Assembly (NCBI RefSeq): GCF_964204645.1
Contig: NC_134025.1
Span: 806,001 to 870,000 of the forward strand
Length of the DNA: 64,000 nt
Source of the DNA: Tubulanus polymorphus
Taxonomy: Eukaryota > Animalia > Nemertea
Direction of reading: 5' to 3'
The notes beneath the pieces were generated by a model. That model saw only the letters and a list, made by a program, of their open reading frames with translations. It was not told the origin of the DNA and made no database searches. Shown piece by piece: positions 1 to 23,159 of the stretch. Within the stretch, counting starts at the first letter, position 1; each line of letters opens with the position of its first letter. A program made the position numbers and the translations under genes.

Positions 1-179
1 ACTTTTTGAACCAATAATAAACTCGTAGTTTCATCGTCGTTTTCTCTGATTTCACACGGTTCAATTTTACAATCCTCACCATAATCATTATTATATTTTC
101 GTCTTTTATTTCCATCCAGTTTTGTTTTTGTTTGTATTGCATCAATATCGGATTCCTCGTAATCCGTAGGTGACATCAT
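1..179 (-). CDS. Exon 1 of a third ENT/SLC29 paralog, continuing beyond the window start
   Basis: Minus-strand translation MMSPTDYEESDIDAIQTKTKLDGNKRRKYNNDYGEDCKIEPCEIRENDDETTSLL aligns with exon 1 of the two ENT genes (MPSSYEETDIDAEATT...PCEIRENDDESMSLL). Confidence 0.8.
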   Translation of the reverse strand, partial: MMSPTDYEESDIDAIQTKTKLDGNKRRKYNNDYGEDCKIEPCEIRENDDETTSLLLVQK

Positions 180-662
180 TGATTATCAGATAAACACCAA
201 TTTTCAACAGAACAGATATTGAAGTCGATGAGTGTTGAACGAGTTTCAATGTACAAAAGACATCGAAACCACGTAATGTTACCAATTAATAATCATAAGA
301 CAACCACCAGATCAAACCGCACTATTTTACCACAGTGCTTACCTATACCAGTCTGTACACAGTCTATTGATTACAATAGATCACTTGAAATGATAAAAGT
401 CACTATTTTTATTGCAGATAGGAAAATAACAAGGCCCGAGCAGGAATTTTTTTTCTGTGGTTCTTCTTCGAGCTCTCCACCCCCGACAATTGATAGTTTG
501 AACCAACACCCTGACAGTGACGGAGTTTCTTTCTTACGGTTTTCTCTCTGGAGCACTCCACCCCATCCACCTTTGGTTTGGAGAAGTGACATTTTCGTGT
601 TAAACGTTAAAAGTCAACGACACATGTTGTGAAATATCAAATGTTTTATTCAAAGAATATTT

Positions 663-6756
<6,094 letters not shown>

Positions 6757-7565
6757 CGTTAATCCTCCAGAAAATTTCAATTCAACAAAAATATCTTGAT
6801 GTTTCTATGCTTCTTGATGCGACGATTTCATCCAAAACTTCCAATGAACTGAATCCGTCCCTGATTATAGTCAAAGACTGATAGCGAATTCAGAATTAAC
6901 AAGACTTCAGTGTTTGATCATCATGACGCATTCTGAACACCAAACAATCTAATAGTTACCTTCTTTACGGACAACGGCTAAGACAGTAGAATACCGGTAC
7001 AGGTACAACTAGATAAATGCGCAACTTTGATTGTTTAAGTGTTTCAGATAACAGTATATAGGTGATCGTAGATCTATATTTATTCAGAAAATAAAATGTC
7101 TATGATTTTATGTTGGTTTTTTTTAAGTCAGTTCAATCCACACAAAATTATGCAACAAAATAATGTCGCCGGGGAACATAAACTTTAACCACACCTCAAA
7201 ACAATCAGTGTGAAGAAATATCAAATGGAATCAAATTTTTGGCATTTCTATGGTAGCGACAAGAGTTCTTCTCTGAGCTCTCCCCGTCCCAGACGGTTTT
7301 AATCCTGTGACAGAGTCTCTGTGATGCTTTTCTGAGCCAAATAATTGATATTTTGAATCCTGAGAGTTTTCATCTGTGCTTCTTCAACGAGCTCTCCATC
7401 CTTGACATTTGATAGTCTGAATCCTGAAAGGTATCTTTCTCTGCTAGTTCTCTGAGCTCTAATCTAATCCTGACAATGACATTTAAAATGTTAATAGCTC
7501 CGAATCAAACCTGACTTTAATACAGATTCATTCAAAATGATGGATGTTTTATTCGACAAATATTT

Positions 7566-11333
<3,768 letters not shown>

Positions 11334-12491
11334 CGTTAATCCTCCAGAAAATTTCAATACAACAAAAATATCTTGATGTTTCTATGCTTCTTGATGCGAC
11401 GATTTCATGGCATCGTGTAAAATGTGTTGTCAATCTCAATCTCTCTGGTTAATAGTCGAAAAATGGTATACGAATTAAAAATTTTAACTGTAGTCCGAAT
11501 ATCAGACGATCTTCGGGTACCCTAGTTTCAAAACACTTGAACACTAGACTATCGCCGATATTGCGCAGTTCATTTCGTAAGTATTTCAGATAACAAACGT
11601 AAGTGATCGTAATAGGTAGGAAATAAGTTTAAAAAAAATGTCATTTCAAGTTACATACAGACACTCAGTCGGCGAGGTCCGTGATGGGAGAGCGGTCCGC
11701 CGTCAGAATAGAATTGTCCGGTCATATTTAGAAGAAACCCTGCACTATTAACACAATCTGCTGTTGTTTGTAATGAAGCAAAGTCCATCAAAATACATTC
11801 TAAAATAGCTACAATATCACAATATCGGTACGGACCTGTTGGGTAAAAACTTTTTAAAGATAATTTAAATCTCAAATTTCTTTGAGTAGCTATACCAAAG
11901 TGGCTAGGTGGATAACTCGAAGCTATTCGTACGAAACCGTGTCAGTATTTATGTCCAGTCATTTTGTTGCTTCCCAAATCATTGAATGCTATATACTGTT
12001 TTGTTTAATTTATTCAAACATTATTTTCAAAAATATTGCCTTTTTGTCAGAATGTACCCGGCCGTGTAGTCAGGGATGTTGTTCAGTGTCAGCTTGACAA
12101 ATTGTTAGATGGGGCTGACATTAGCCCGGCCCTAATAATGGTTGGTAAAACGTGCGGTCATCTGGTAATTCAGGGCCTGATCTTTGCGGTATACTATAGG
12201 GAAGGAAATTTGCCCGTATTGATCACGCCGAGATTTGTTCCACATGCCGTGAAGAAGTCCGGCTCCGGATTTTAATGTACGCAAAGAAATTCTGGGGTTC
12301 GACATTGCTACCCCTTAACTTCCACATAATCTTGAATTCTATTGTATTAATTCACAACGTTCATTCACCACCAAATCTAACATAAATCAATGTTTTCATG
12401 GAATCTTAATGATTGAAATATCTAATGAACGTTTATTTACATTAGCTACGAGTAAACATTGCAGTCACGTGATCAACATAAACCGTACAAA

Positions 12492-14108
12492 ATGGCGGAC
12501 GTCATGAATTATGTTTTGATCGTATTCATTATGCTTTTATTCGGTATTTATCCATTTTGATGTTTATAATTTAAAACCCGTTCTAAGCGTCAAATGGCCA
12601 ACAAAACACGACACATACTACCGCAATAGGATGGTTTGTTCTTGATTCTGTAGTCCACAAACTAGGCCTTTGCCATGCCATTATTCTTCAATCCATTCAA
12701 TTCAATTCCACATCTGGATGGATGTTCCAGATTCCATTCAGATTCATCAATTCATCAGTCAGATGCCTGGAATAAATTTAAAACCACCCAGTTCAGTGTC
12801 GTTTTTAAAATACCGTGGTTATCCCTTGCTGCCAAGGCCTTTGATTTCAAACAATTCAGATTCGAATCTGGAATTGCATAAATACATATAAATTGTTTAT
12901 TTGATTGTTAGGATGTGAAGTATTGGATTGTGCACGCTCTTCATACAGCTCTTACTCTAGTAGAAGGTTAGTCGATTCTCTGCGAATTTTTTTTTTGAAT
13001 GCGAAAAAATATCGTTTGATTTTGATTGTGTTTTCTGTTCCAGATACTCGTACTCATATTCATACAGATCTTATCGATCCCCTTACCGAACTTATCGCGC
13101 TCCCTCCAAATACTCCTCTTATTCGTACAGTAAATCTTACTATGTTCCATCACGTTATTATCAATATCGATCTCCATCTTCAACTTATAACTCGAGAAGT
13201 TCAACCAATTACAGATCATCATCGTATAAATCATTGACTTATTATTCCAGGTCAGTTTAAACAAACACCTTCATAATTAAACCACCATTCAATACAATAT
13301 TTCTGCTGTCAATCTGCTGTCTGTACCCTGTACCCCTCAGACAATCTGCTGTCTGTATCTTGCAGCCCTTCAGGCTATCTGCTGTCTGTATCATGCAGCC
13401 CTTCAGGCTATCTGCTGTTTGTATCATGCAGCCCTTCAGGCTATCTGCTGTCTGTATCTTGCAGCCCTTCAGGCTATCTGCTGTCTGTATCTTGCACCCC
13501 CTCAGACAGTCTGCTGTCTGTACCCTGTACCCCCTCAGACAATCTGCTTTCTGTATCTTGCAGCCCTTCAGGCTATCTGCTGTCTGTATCTTGCACCCCC
13601 TCAGACAGTCTGCTGTCTGTACCCTGTACCCCCTCAGACAATCTGCTGTCTGTATCTTGCAGCCCTTCAGGCTATCTGCTGTCTGTATCTTGCAGCCCTT
13701 CAGACAGTCTGCTGTCTGTACCCCCTCAGACAATCTGCTGTCTGTACCCTACTTCCCCTCAGACAATCAGGGCGCAGTTGCTCACAAAGCTCTCATTAAA
13801 ACATGTTATGGGTTTGTGTTTCTAGATTAAGAAGATCTACATATAACAGAAGATATTATTCATCTTTATCAATGACTCCATATTTTGCGATGTATACTTC
13901 ATTTGTTGGACGTGGTGTTTATGCGCGTCGCTCAGGATCAACGCTTTCTAGTAAGTTGTTGACAATTCTTTCACAAGTCACAGTCAAATTTGATAAATTC
14001 ATCACTATTTTTAGGTTCCGATATTTATTTCTAATTCAATTTTTTCAAGTGTAAGTCGTCATTTGAATAATTCATCGATATAATGATTATCTGACTTGAG
14101 TTTCACTG

Positions 14109-14179
<71 letters not shown>

Positions 14180-15278
14180 TAAGGTGGAACATGTAAGAAC
14201 TATGATTATATAAATGGAACTCAGTTAGGAATGTTTCATTGCCCGCTGCCGTTCGAACCGTCCGATTACACCTATTGTTGCGGTTATTCTAAAGCTGAAT
14301 ATTGTTGTCGTCTCTGGGATACGTGAGTATAAGATTTGAGGCTTTAAAGGAATGGAGTTCAAGGCTAAATAACTAATTGTTTTCTATTTTCGCAGTCCTG
14401 GTAATACAGCTGGTGTCGTGATCGGAATTATTCTTGGCGTTTTAATAATTGGATTAATAATCGGATGTTGTACTAAATATTGTATAGCTAAACATAAGGC
14501 TAAAGTCAGACCAAACACAGGCTGTAAGTAAGATACAACATACGACAGTGCAACCTAGTTACAACAAACTTCAGGGCACCAGAATATCTGGACCCAGTTG
14601 CTCAAAGTTGAGTTAACCAGTGGATAATTGATATAATGACAATTAAAAGTTCATAGTTACTATGTATTTATCCGCCAGTTATCTTTAACCAACTTCAGCA
14701 ACTGCAGCCCCTGTTCCTGTTATAGCCAATAGTTCACTGTATCCACTATGAAATTAGTATAATTTTCTTATTTCATACACAGTTTTAAGTCTGTTGTATG
14801 CGATAAATCATTACGACGACGAAATATGATTTTGACGATTTGCGGTAAAACTTTTCGTTCAGATGTTTTGTTTATTTCTCTTTCTAAAGCTGTAAGCGTT
14901 ACGTTTACATCAGGAAGACCGGCAAATAATCGACGAATTCAACCTAGCGTTATCCGTCCATCGACGACATCTGTGCGACCAGCAGCGACACCGTAAGTAA
15001 CTACATCATTCACTCCTCCTATTACTGTTAGTTTCTAATGATTGTATGTTTATAATTGTAGAATAACTGGACCGGCGATAGGGGTACCGGTTTATCCGCC
15101 ACCCCGGAATGATCCTGCTTATCCGCCATCTTACCCGCCTCCGGCTTACTCATCGCTGATGCCTACAGCTCCTGTACCGCCCCCTAGTGGCCCACCTCCT
15201 GCCTACACGCCTCATATACCGGCGCCCTCTACATCAGCAGCTACACCGAGTCCTTTTGTATATGAAGCACCTTCGTAA
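12492..15278 (+). CDS. Shisa-family (Shisa4/5-like) single-pass membrane protein with Ser/Tyr/Arg-rich N-terminal extension, about 8 exons
   Basis: Signal peptide MADVMNYVLIVFIMLLFG; Shisa Cys domain GTCKNYDYINGTQLGMFHCPLPFEPSDYTYCCGYSKAEYCC (about 14183-14320); TM GVVIGIILGVLIIGLIIGCC; Pro-rich tail with PPSY and PPAY motifs. Confidence 0.85.
13308..13767. repeat. Intronic minisatellite with ~30-33-bp units (atctgctgtctgtatcttgcagcccttcaggct and variants)
   Basis: Direct tandem repetition; it accounts for the ORFs at 13257-13830. Confidence 0.92.
14110..14176. repeat. (AT)n microsatellite next to the acceptor of the Shisa-domain exon
   Basis: Seen directly. Confidence 0.95.
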
Positions 15279-16493
15279 TACAGCAGGGAATAAACTGAAC
15301 GCTCCCATTATTTTATTAGATGGTTTACAGTAAATCACACTGAATGCTCGCATTATTTATTAGAAGTTTTACGGTAAATCATCATTTGTTTGCAATAAAT
15401 CAAAGTAAATATTAGTTGACATTAGCTCAATAATTACAATTAATCACCATGGCAATGATATATGAATTGGGTTGTTTATAGATAGGGAGAGGGAGGGATG
15501 GAGAGGGGGAGGGAGAGAGGGGGATGGAGAGAGGGGAAGGGAGATGTGTTCATAGAGTAGATTTTACTATATTTATCATGTCAAATACAGAGTTGATATT
15601 TTGATTGGTGAAGTTTGTAAAGTTACCTCTAGGGTCTCAAGAGATTCTACTTTGTTAATGATAAATACTGCTCATTGTTAATATTTCATCATAGTTGATT
15701 ATTTTATGTATAAACTGCACTGAACTGAGTTTTTATTGTAAATAAAGGCTTTTTAACACTTCTGCTGAATATTGCTCTATATATCCGTCCACTTACATAC
15801 ATAGTCAGTTAATCTGTGATAGACATTATATCTATTTTACTATCGCTATTTCTGCAGCAATTCTCAGCGTTAAATAAAGAAAACGTTTATATTTGAAAAC
15901 TATTAAATAGTGACCACATGGTGGCGTTTTCACGAACCGGATCTTTATAGTGTTTTCCTAATCGCACATTATTTATTAACTCTTCTATTTTAGGAAGGAT
16001 CTATGTATTACACATGTAAACTGTGTATTCTTTAAATATACTTTTTAGCATTTAGAATAAAATATCTTCATTTGTTGTAGAAAATCTATTCGTTTTTATT
16101 GAATGGTCTTTTTACCCCTTTGAATGTCCTGTATCCAATTGTGACTTCATTCCAAAAGTGGTCCTTCCTAGAGTTGTTAGATTGGCTATAACTGAGATGG
16201 TTTTGAATGTAAGCCATGAGTGTTTAATAGTGGACTTGGACCGACGTGACTTCTCTGTTGAAAGTCGACTCTGAAGGTGAAATATTGGAAACAAGCCGGA
16301 CAACTGCGGAAACGGATCTTAAGTAAGTAACTACTCTGTCGACAGAAAAATAAATCAACAACCAGCTTTTATCTTGTAAAAAGTGTGTATTTCTCTACAA
16401 AAATACTCAAATTGGCAACTGATTTGAAATGCAAAACATCGTGATTAATTCAGCGGATGACAACAGTTTAATGAAGAGGCATTGTTAATATAA

Positions 16494-18482
16494 TCAATGA
16501 CAACTACCGTGAGCGCAGCAGCTGTGAACGTGTGATGTGGATGATGATACAGAACTGTTATTTGGTTTTAATGATTTCTTCACAATCGCTTTACTGAGAA
16601 TTTCATACGTACATGCAATATCATAAACAAAATCTTCAGGTGAAATTTCGTCGACTTTGTAGCTGAAAATAACACAACAGAACAATCAGAAATATTCCAA
16701 CAGATATGGTAAGACCTCACTACAGTTCTGGGCCCAGTTTCGCAAAAACGATTAAAGCTTAAATCGATTTAAGATAAACTGAATTAATGAAGAAATTAAA
16801 TCGATTTAAGAGTTAAACCTTTTTGTGAAACTGGGCCCTGGGTAAAGTCACACAGTCGTGACTTAAGTCCAAAATTGGTCTTAAATCTTAAGATTGGTCT
16901 TAAGTTGTTAGATTGGCTTTAGAACTGAGACGGTCTTAGACTGGTCTTAAGTCTAAGCCATGACTATGCAACTGGCCCCATGTCATTAATATCCCAAATC
17001 TCCCAGGGGTTAATCATGGAGAAGTTTTATGAAAATATGGGTTAACGAATTTTGGTTGCAAGCGTTCAATATGGGAGGTGTTTGTTGTGGAGGAGAGGCA
17101 TTTGTTTATATGATTGAATTATCTTATTGTATTATGTTTGAAAATTGATTCATAACAAACTTACTTCAGTTTTTCCTTGAAGAATTTCAGCCCATCTGGA
17201 TTATGTTTGAATGTAGTTAACATGACTTTCTTCATCTGTGTTCTAAAAATAGAATAAAGCCACGATGAAGCATTGAAGAAAATGCTAGAAATGGATCATT
17301 AGTTAGTTTCATGTCAACAACTTACTTATGAGCTAATAATTCCAGAATAAGCATCAAAAATTTACCGAGTCCTTTACCGCGAAATGATTTCTCCAGCTGA
17401 ATTTCATAGCTGAAATTACAATAAATTACCAGCATTTTATTCATATCGAAGGAGGTCATGCTCATTACTGCTGAATAGGGGTGTTAGGTTGACTGACCAG
17501 TAGAGCACCTCGTCCCCCTCTTCTAGATCGAATCTAAAATGGACAAATCCGACCGGTTTATCTTCACTCCTCGCTATTAAATACCACGCTTTGTCTTCGG
17601 TCATTTCTTCATATTTCTCTTTATCTTTCCAGCCCCATTCACTATCTTCATATCTATAAATATACAATACAGTTAAATATCATTTTCAGCTCTCGGCTTC
17701 GCAGTGTCGTCGCTAAAATTGAGTCTAGGATTTCAGATATCAGAAATGAATTGCAACTCTGTCCGAGTGCAGTAGAATTGAGATCTGTTCATGAAATATT
17801 CAGTTTTTTTCCAGATGAAATAATGCTTATTTCTAACAACTTACAAAGATTGCATGTTATCTTTTAATAATTTAAATGCCCATTGAACGTCATCTTTACT
17901 CAAATCACAAACTTTTTTACTTTCTATCGAAACCTGTAACCTGTAAATATATATCGTGTCATTTTTACCAAAAGGTAGAAATTTATTTCAACAATTGAAA
18001 CTTCAAAGATGTCGGCGATTGACTTACTCATTCCTCTCGTATTTCTTGAAAGGGAGGAAGAATTTCATGGGATCATCGATCTGTAAAATGAACAATGATT
18101 ACAAATTCTATTCAAAAGATTCAGCAATGATTCCTGAAGCTGATCGAGTATAGTATTTTACCTGATTGGCGTCATCTACTATTTTCAAGGATGCCTGTAA
18201 TTTCGCATTTTCCTGTTTTGTAAGACATTTAAAGATTAATTTAAACAAGGTTTTATCATCGATCGGGTATATTTATATTATACACGTTATTTCTACCTCT
18301 TTTCGTTTTAATTTTCGTTCCTTTCCTTTCGTAGATTTTCGCTGTAAAACAATAAAAACAAACTTTGAAAGATTGAATTGGTTTCGTAAATCGAAGGAAA
18401 ATGCCGTTTAAATTTAGTTCCGATCAATTATGTCACTAATAAGATATCAATCAGTTTGAAAATCATCTCAACTTACACCCAT
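16494..18482 (-). CDS. NAA40: N-alpha-acetyltransferase 40 (NatD)
   Basis: Exons give [17 protein letters not shown]..., [28 protein letters not shown]...[55 protein letters not shown] and a His/Cys-rich C-terminus. Confidence 0.95.
16731..16837. mobile_element. Palindromic MITE (GGCCCAGTTTC termini, CTG TSD), directly followed by a family A copy
   Basis: ctg|GGCCCAGTTTCGCAAAAA...TTTTTGTGAAACTGGGCC|ctg. Confidence 0.8.
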
Positions 18483-18744
18483 GACTTTCTCTCAATCAAT
18501 TAAACAATCTATCTGCAGCAAAAACAACTTCTTTTCCTGAATAATTAATTCAATATAGAGAGGGAAGCGGGCTCATAATTACTTTGGCAAGTGAGGAAAG
18601 GGCGGCTCCGTATCGCCGTGGTAAATGACCCCGCATGCCACAGTAAGAATATTGCGCGGGTGAGTTAGTTCATAAGTTCACCGCTAAATAAATACATAGA
18701 GGCAGCACCTGACGGTGAAGATCTGATACAGGTCAAAATCCAAT
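18483..18744. promoter_or_regulatory. Bidirectional promoter region between NAA40 and WDR74
   Basis: The two start codons are head-to-head about 260 bp apart, and the interval is locally GC/CpG-enriched. Confidence 0.65.
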
Positions 18745-21236
18745 ATGGCAGCGCCCATGAATTTGATAGTTGGTTCAGAAATTGGACTTTTAAAAGGTAT
18801 TTCTACTAGTTCGTGCTACCTCGAAGGGCCTCAACCGTATCAGATTAAAGTTAAGAAAGGCCTTCATTATTAACTTAACTTCGAAAACGTTATTTAGAGT
18901 TTAAAATGATTTTTTCATGTAACGATCTCGTGTCCAATGAGTCGAGATTTAGTAGCGGTGGCAGCACCTGCCGGTTAAGTCAACGGTTCGGGGATCGACG
19001 CCGGTCTCAAAATTTCATCCATTTACCTTATTTTCAGGCATCAACGCACAGAAAAAGACTTTTCAAAATCTCAATGACATAAAACACGTAGATAGAAATC
19101 ATGAAATATGTGTTATGTGCTGGGCTGATAGTGAACAAGATGAAGTATGTGGACGTGTGGTGACAGTTTCTGATTTCATTCTTTAGTTTACATTATTAAA
19201 ATAATGAGTTGTAGTGGTAAAATATATCTAAAAACTGAATGATTATTGCAGGTGAATATAGGTTTAAAGAATCACACGGTGAAGACTTACTCTTGTGAGT
19301 CTGGTGTTTTAAACAATCAGTTTAAACTGGTAAATGTAGAAGGACGACTTCGCGGTTTGGCTCGAATTGAAAGGTAAATATTCTAATCTTATGAGAACTC
19401 GTGCCACCAGCTCTCCCGCTAGATGGCGTGCGTGAAGTCGGGATTCATTTAATACTTGATTCCTTGAAAACTGAATTAAATAATTGTTTCTATGACTTCG
19501 AATCTCTTTTAAGTATGAGAAATAACCATAAAACTCATTTTGGCAATGTTTACATTATGAGAAACTCATGTTTGTCCAATATTTCTATTTTTGCTCTTTT
19601 TGTTGCAGTGATTTTGTTACTTGTACTGAAAATGGACCGTTACAGCTTCAAAATAATACCGGGGATAAGAAGGTAAATCTCAAATTAACTGATTATTCAT
19701 TAATTGCATATTCAAATTAATTCTCATCTTTCACCCATTGATTTTACAGTTAGAAATTACTGTGGGAGAAAATATTTGGTGCATGCAACAAAATTCATCG
19801 ACTCCAAATCATATTGCGACTGGAGGCAAAGAGAATGATCTGAAAATATGGGATTTAGAGAAACCAGAACAGCCAATATTCAGAGCTAAAAATGTAAGTC
19901 AACATCATCCGGTTCCGCAGTTCAGCATCCAGTCCCACTGTTCAGCATCCAGTCCCACAGTTCAGCATCCAGTCCCACAGTTCAGCATCCAGTCCCACAG
20001 TTCAGCATCCAGTCCCATTATTCATTTCGTAATATTTAATTTGTTTTAGGTGAGAGATGATTGGTTATGTTTACGTGTTCCTATTTGGGTGATGGGTGCA
20101 CAGTTTATACCTGATAGTGAGAAGATAGTTACTAGTACCGGACACCATCAGGTTTGTTATTATTCTATTAATTAAACAGATTTAACCTGTTGATTTTAAC
20201 AGCATTTTGATGGCATGTTTATTTTCTATGATAGGTTCGAGTATATGACCCTTCGACCCCACGGAGGAGACCTGTTATAGACATGCAGTACGACGAATAT
20301 CCACTTACTGCAATGAGTCTCACGAGCAATTCAAAGTAATAACTATAATTCCTCTTGATTACATTTCAAAAAAGAAAAATTAAGATATTTCCAAAATTGT
20401 TGTTAAGATTTGAATGGATTGAAAATGAATTCTAGTCAAACTTAAACGATAACCGAGGAATTGGATCCCGAGTTTCAAATGATGTTAACCTAATCCTTTA
20501 TTCTACAGCCAGATAGTTGTTGGAAATACACAAGGAAGCATGGCATTATTAGATATAAGACAAGGTTTGTTCTCTTTTAAGATACTGACCTCAGAATCAA
20601 TTCTATTTTATGAAGCAGTTCTAGATATGTCATATGTCATGTTTTCGTTGTAGGAAAAATGGTTCATAAATTCAAAGGATTTGCTGGTGGAATCCGGTGT
20701 ATTAAATGTCACCCGACTCTTCCGTACATCGCTAGTTGTGGCCTCGATAGATTCCTCAGAATTCACGAGATGAACTCTAAAAAACTCATCAGAAAGGTGA
20801 CTATATTTTAGCTATCGAAAATGAAGCGATTTTCAATGGATTTCATTTTAATTCGATAGTTTTCTTTTCCGATACAGATTTATCTAAAATCAAGATTGAA
20901 TTCAATGGTGATGAAATCTGACAATTGGGGTAAATTACTGGACCAAAGCGAAATGTTAGAGGAGTCTAAGACAGATGAGAAGGAGGATGAAACGAGTAAA
21001 TCTACTGATGATGATGAGGAAGCTGAGGATGATATTGACGATGAGAAGCTCTGGGATAATATGGAAGTTGTTACTGAAACAAACAGAAAACGGAAATCGA
21101 ATTTAGAAGCAAAAAGTGAAAATAGGACGAAATCATTACGGAAACGGAAAACTGCCAGTGAGTTCAATAACTTCAATCAACATTCATCATTTATTTACAC
21201 ATATCTTTGATTTTTCATCCTCTATTTTTAGGTTAA
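18745..21236 (+). CDS. WDR74: WD repeat-containing protein 74 (NSA1, ribosome biogenesis)
   Basis: MAAPMNLIVGSEIGLLKG, IATGGKENDLKIWDLEKPEQPIFRAKNVRDDWLCLRVPIW, TSTGHHQVRVYDPSTPRRRPV, FKGFAGGIR, IASCGLDRFLRIH, IYLKSRLN, acidic tail with LWDNME. Confidence 0.95.
19903..20017. repeat. 20-bp tandem repeat (ttcagcatccagtcccacag) in a WDR74 intron
   Basis: About 5 copies seen directly. Confidence 0.9.
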
Positions 21237-21676
21237 TTGTTGGAAGATGCATATTAAGTCTCAACTTGTAAAATAGATTCCAAATAAATGGATATTGTAA
21301 ATTATAATCCAATAGAGGTGTTGTTGTGCGATATCTTCGGCGGGAGAGTTTTTAGATCCAGCGACATCAGAGGAGTGGGTATGCCTGGATTGAGTTGTTT
21401 CGACCGTTGTGAACAAGATCTACAACAAATAGTTGACTCCGACAAACTCTTTCACAATTAATACTTTATTTACAAATAAATCTTTAAAAATATCACAAAA
21501 AATCACAAAGAGATATTAAGTTATTATCATTATTATGAAGAAACCAGCAGCAGTAGAACCACAAATTTAAATTCTCTGATATTAATGAAATACTATTTTA
21601 AAGCATAAAATCTAGGATAATACAGGAAAAAATGTAAGGCTCACGACAGAAACGAAATCAAATACATTCGTTCTTT

Positions 21677-22436
21677 TTAATGCAGTTTGAATAATCTGTT
21701 AGAACTATGCATGTCGTCAACATATCTGAAATGGAAACAAAAGACAACACGATATAGAAACAATTAGACCAACAAATTTTGCTGTAAATAGCTGGTATTT
21801 CAATTGAGTTGAGGACCACCCAGGACATTATTCTAACCCTGAGTAAGAGTAGAGGGGCCAAAGAAGAACTTCAAGACTTGGAGGACTGAAACCCTGCCAC
21901 CATCTGGGATTGAATCCTATGAACCCTGGATTGACTTGACCAAACCCCTCCATGAAGTTAGAAATCTAAATCTACCTGGTCATTGGGCTATTGATGTGCG
22001 GGAATCTCGTAGTTGGTGGGAACGCTGACATCGACGGCGGTAAACCTTGACCAGTTCCCCAGCTAGGTGGCGCTGATTTCTGTGCGTGTCCTCTAGACGG
22101 ATAGATTTGACGTAAAGTTGACCACTCCTCGCATCTCGTCGCCGGGCTCGATATATGTAGAGTTACCCCTCGGTCGTAAGCTCTTAATGAAGCGTCACTC
22201 GGTGGTATCCAGTATCCGGCTGGTCGGGGTAATGCCTCGAGCGGTGGAGCCAGCGGTTTATGTCTCGCTACTGGAGCTGTACTACGCAGATCTGTTGGAA
22301 TGTACCTCTTATTCACCCAAACTGTATCACTGTGTTTTGGAGCCGCGTTATTTGATTCGTAATTGTTCAATCCATTTTTATAACTCGAATATGCGTATTT
22401 ATAAGCTCCAAAAGCGCCTAGACAGGAAGCAGCCAT
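21677..22436 (-). CDS. Uncharacterised two-exon protein, about 170 aa, Pro-rich, ending PHINSPMTRYVDDMHSSNRLFKLH
   Basis: Long ORF 21976-22436 ends at an AG|gtaga donor; exon 2 (21725-21677) follows ttcag and continues in frame to TAA. No family recognised with confidence. Confidence 0.75.
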
Positions 22437-22639
22437 TTTGACGCTATTCAGTTGTCAATAGTAACTCAGGTGGCGCCAGCTGCTGGTCACTGTATACAAG
22501 GCACCAGCGGGCCACCACCGGCAAAGGCTGTAAAAGTGTTGGGAATACTTTGGAACTGACTCGGATCGAGTCATCCGTCGTGAACTGGCGTCAGTCACTA
22601 CAGTGTGCGGAATAACAGTAACTGTTTTGTGGTACCGAA

Positions 22640-22838
22640 TACCAAAACCCCTGAACTCATTCTTTGTGCGGACTACCATTGACTGGAACCATCTCCCCGA
22701 GGAAGTGATAAACGCTTCGTCGACTGAAGCCTTCAAACGGCGGCTCCAGTCTATCTAAGTGCAGTTAACCCTATATCCCTCTCTAACGAAAAACCAGAAT
22801 CGGTTGCTGTTGGCGTTACTCATCAAGATCAAGATCAA
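22640..22838 (+). mobile_element. 3'-terminal fragment of a non-LTR retrotransposon (CR1/L2-like ORF2 end)
   Basis: NSFFVRTTIDWNHLPEEVINASSTEAFKRRLQSI* (22654-22758) resembles LINE ORF2 C-termini, and is followed by a (TCAAGA)n tail. Confidence 0.7.
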
Positions 22839-23159
22839 TATACTATCAAATAATTCAAAACTTGCACGCGACGAATTAAAACAAATTCAAGTTCAAAAAA
22901 GCCTTTCCTAAAGTCCGTGAGTGCACTGAGCATCGTACAAGGGTTCCTGATTAAAATGCCCTGGATAAAAAAACAGGAACATTGAATTTGAATATGAATA
23001 TGTCTCAGACAACGTTCCACGCCGCGGGCCAGCGCAGGTTTGACCCGATATCTCGATAACATTGTTCATTCTACGATTAGATTCACTGTACGTGTGACAG
23101 ATTAATAGTAATTCTGCCGGACGTCTTTTCACATTCCGAGGATTAACTCTCAGTGTATA

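Noticed and set aside
13257-13830. Three Cys-rich repetitive ORFs
   Set aside because: By-products of an intronic minisatellite in the Shisa gene.
16494-16535. His/Cys-rich NAA40 C-terminus as a novelty
   Set aside because: A similar H/C-rich tail is present in vertebrate NAA40.
17680-17800. Possible intronic C/D snoRNA in NAA40
   Set aside because: A terminal CTGA is present but there is no convincing RTGATGA C box or recognisable guide.
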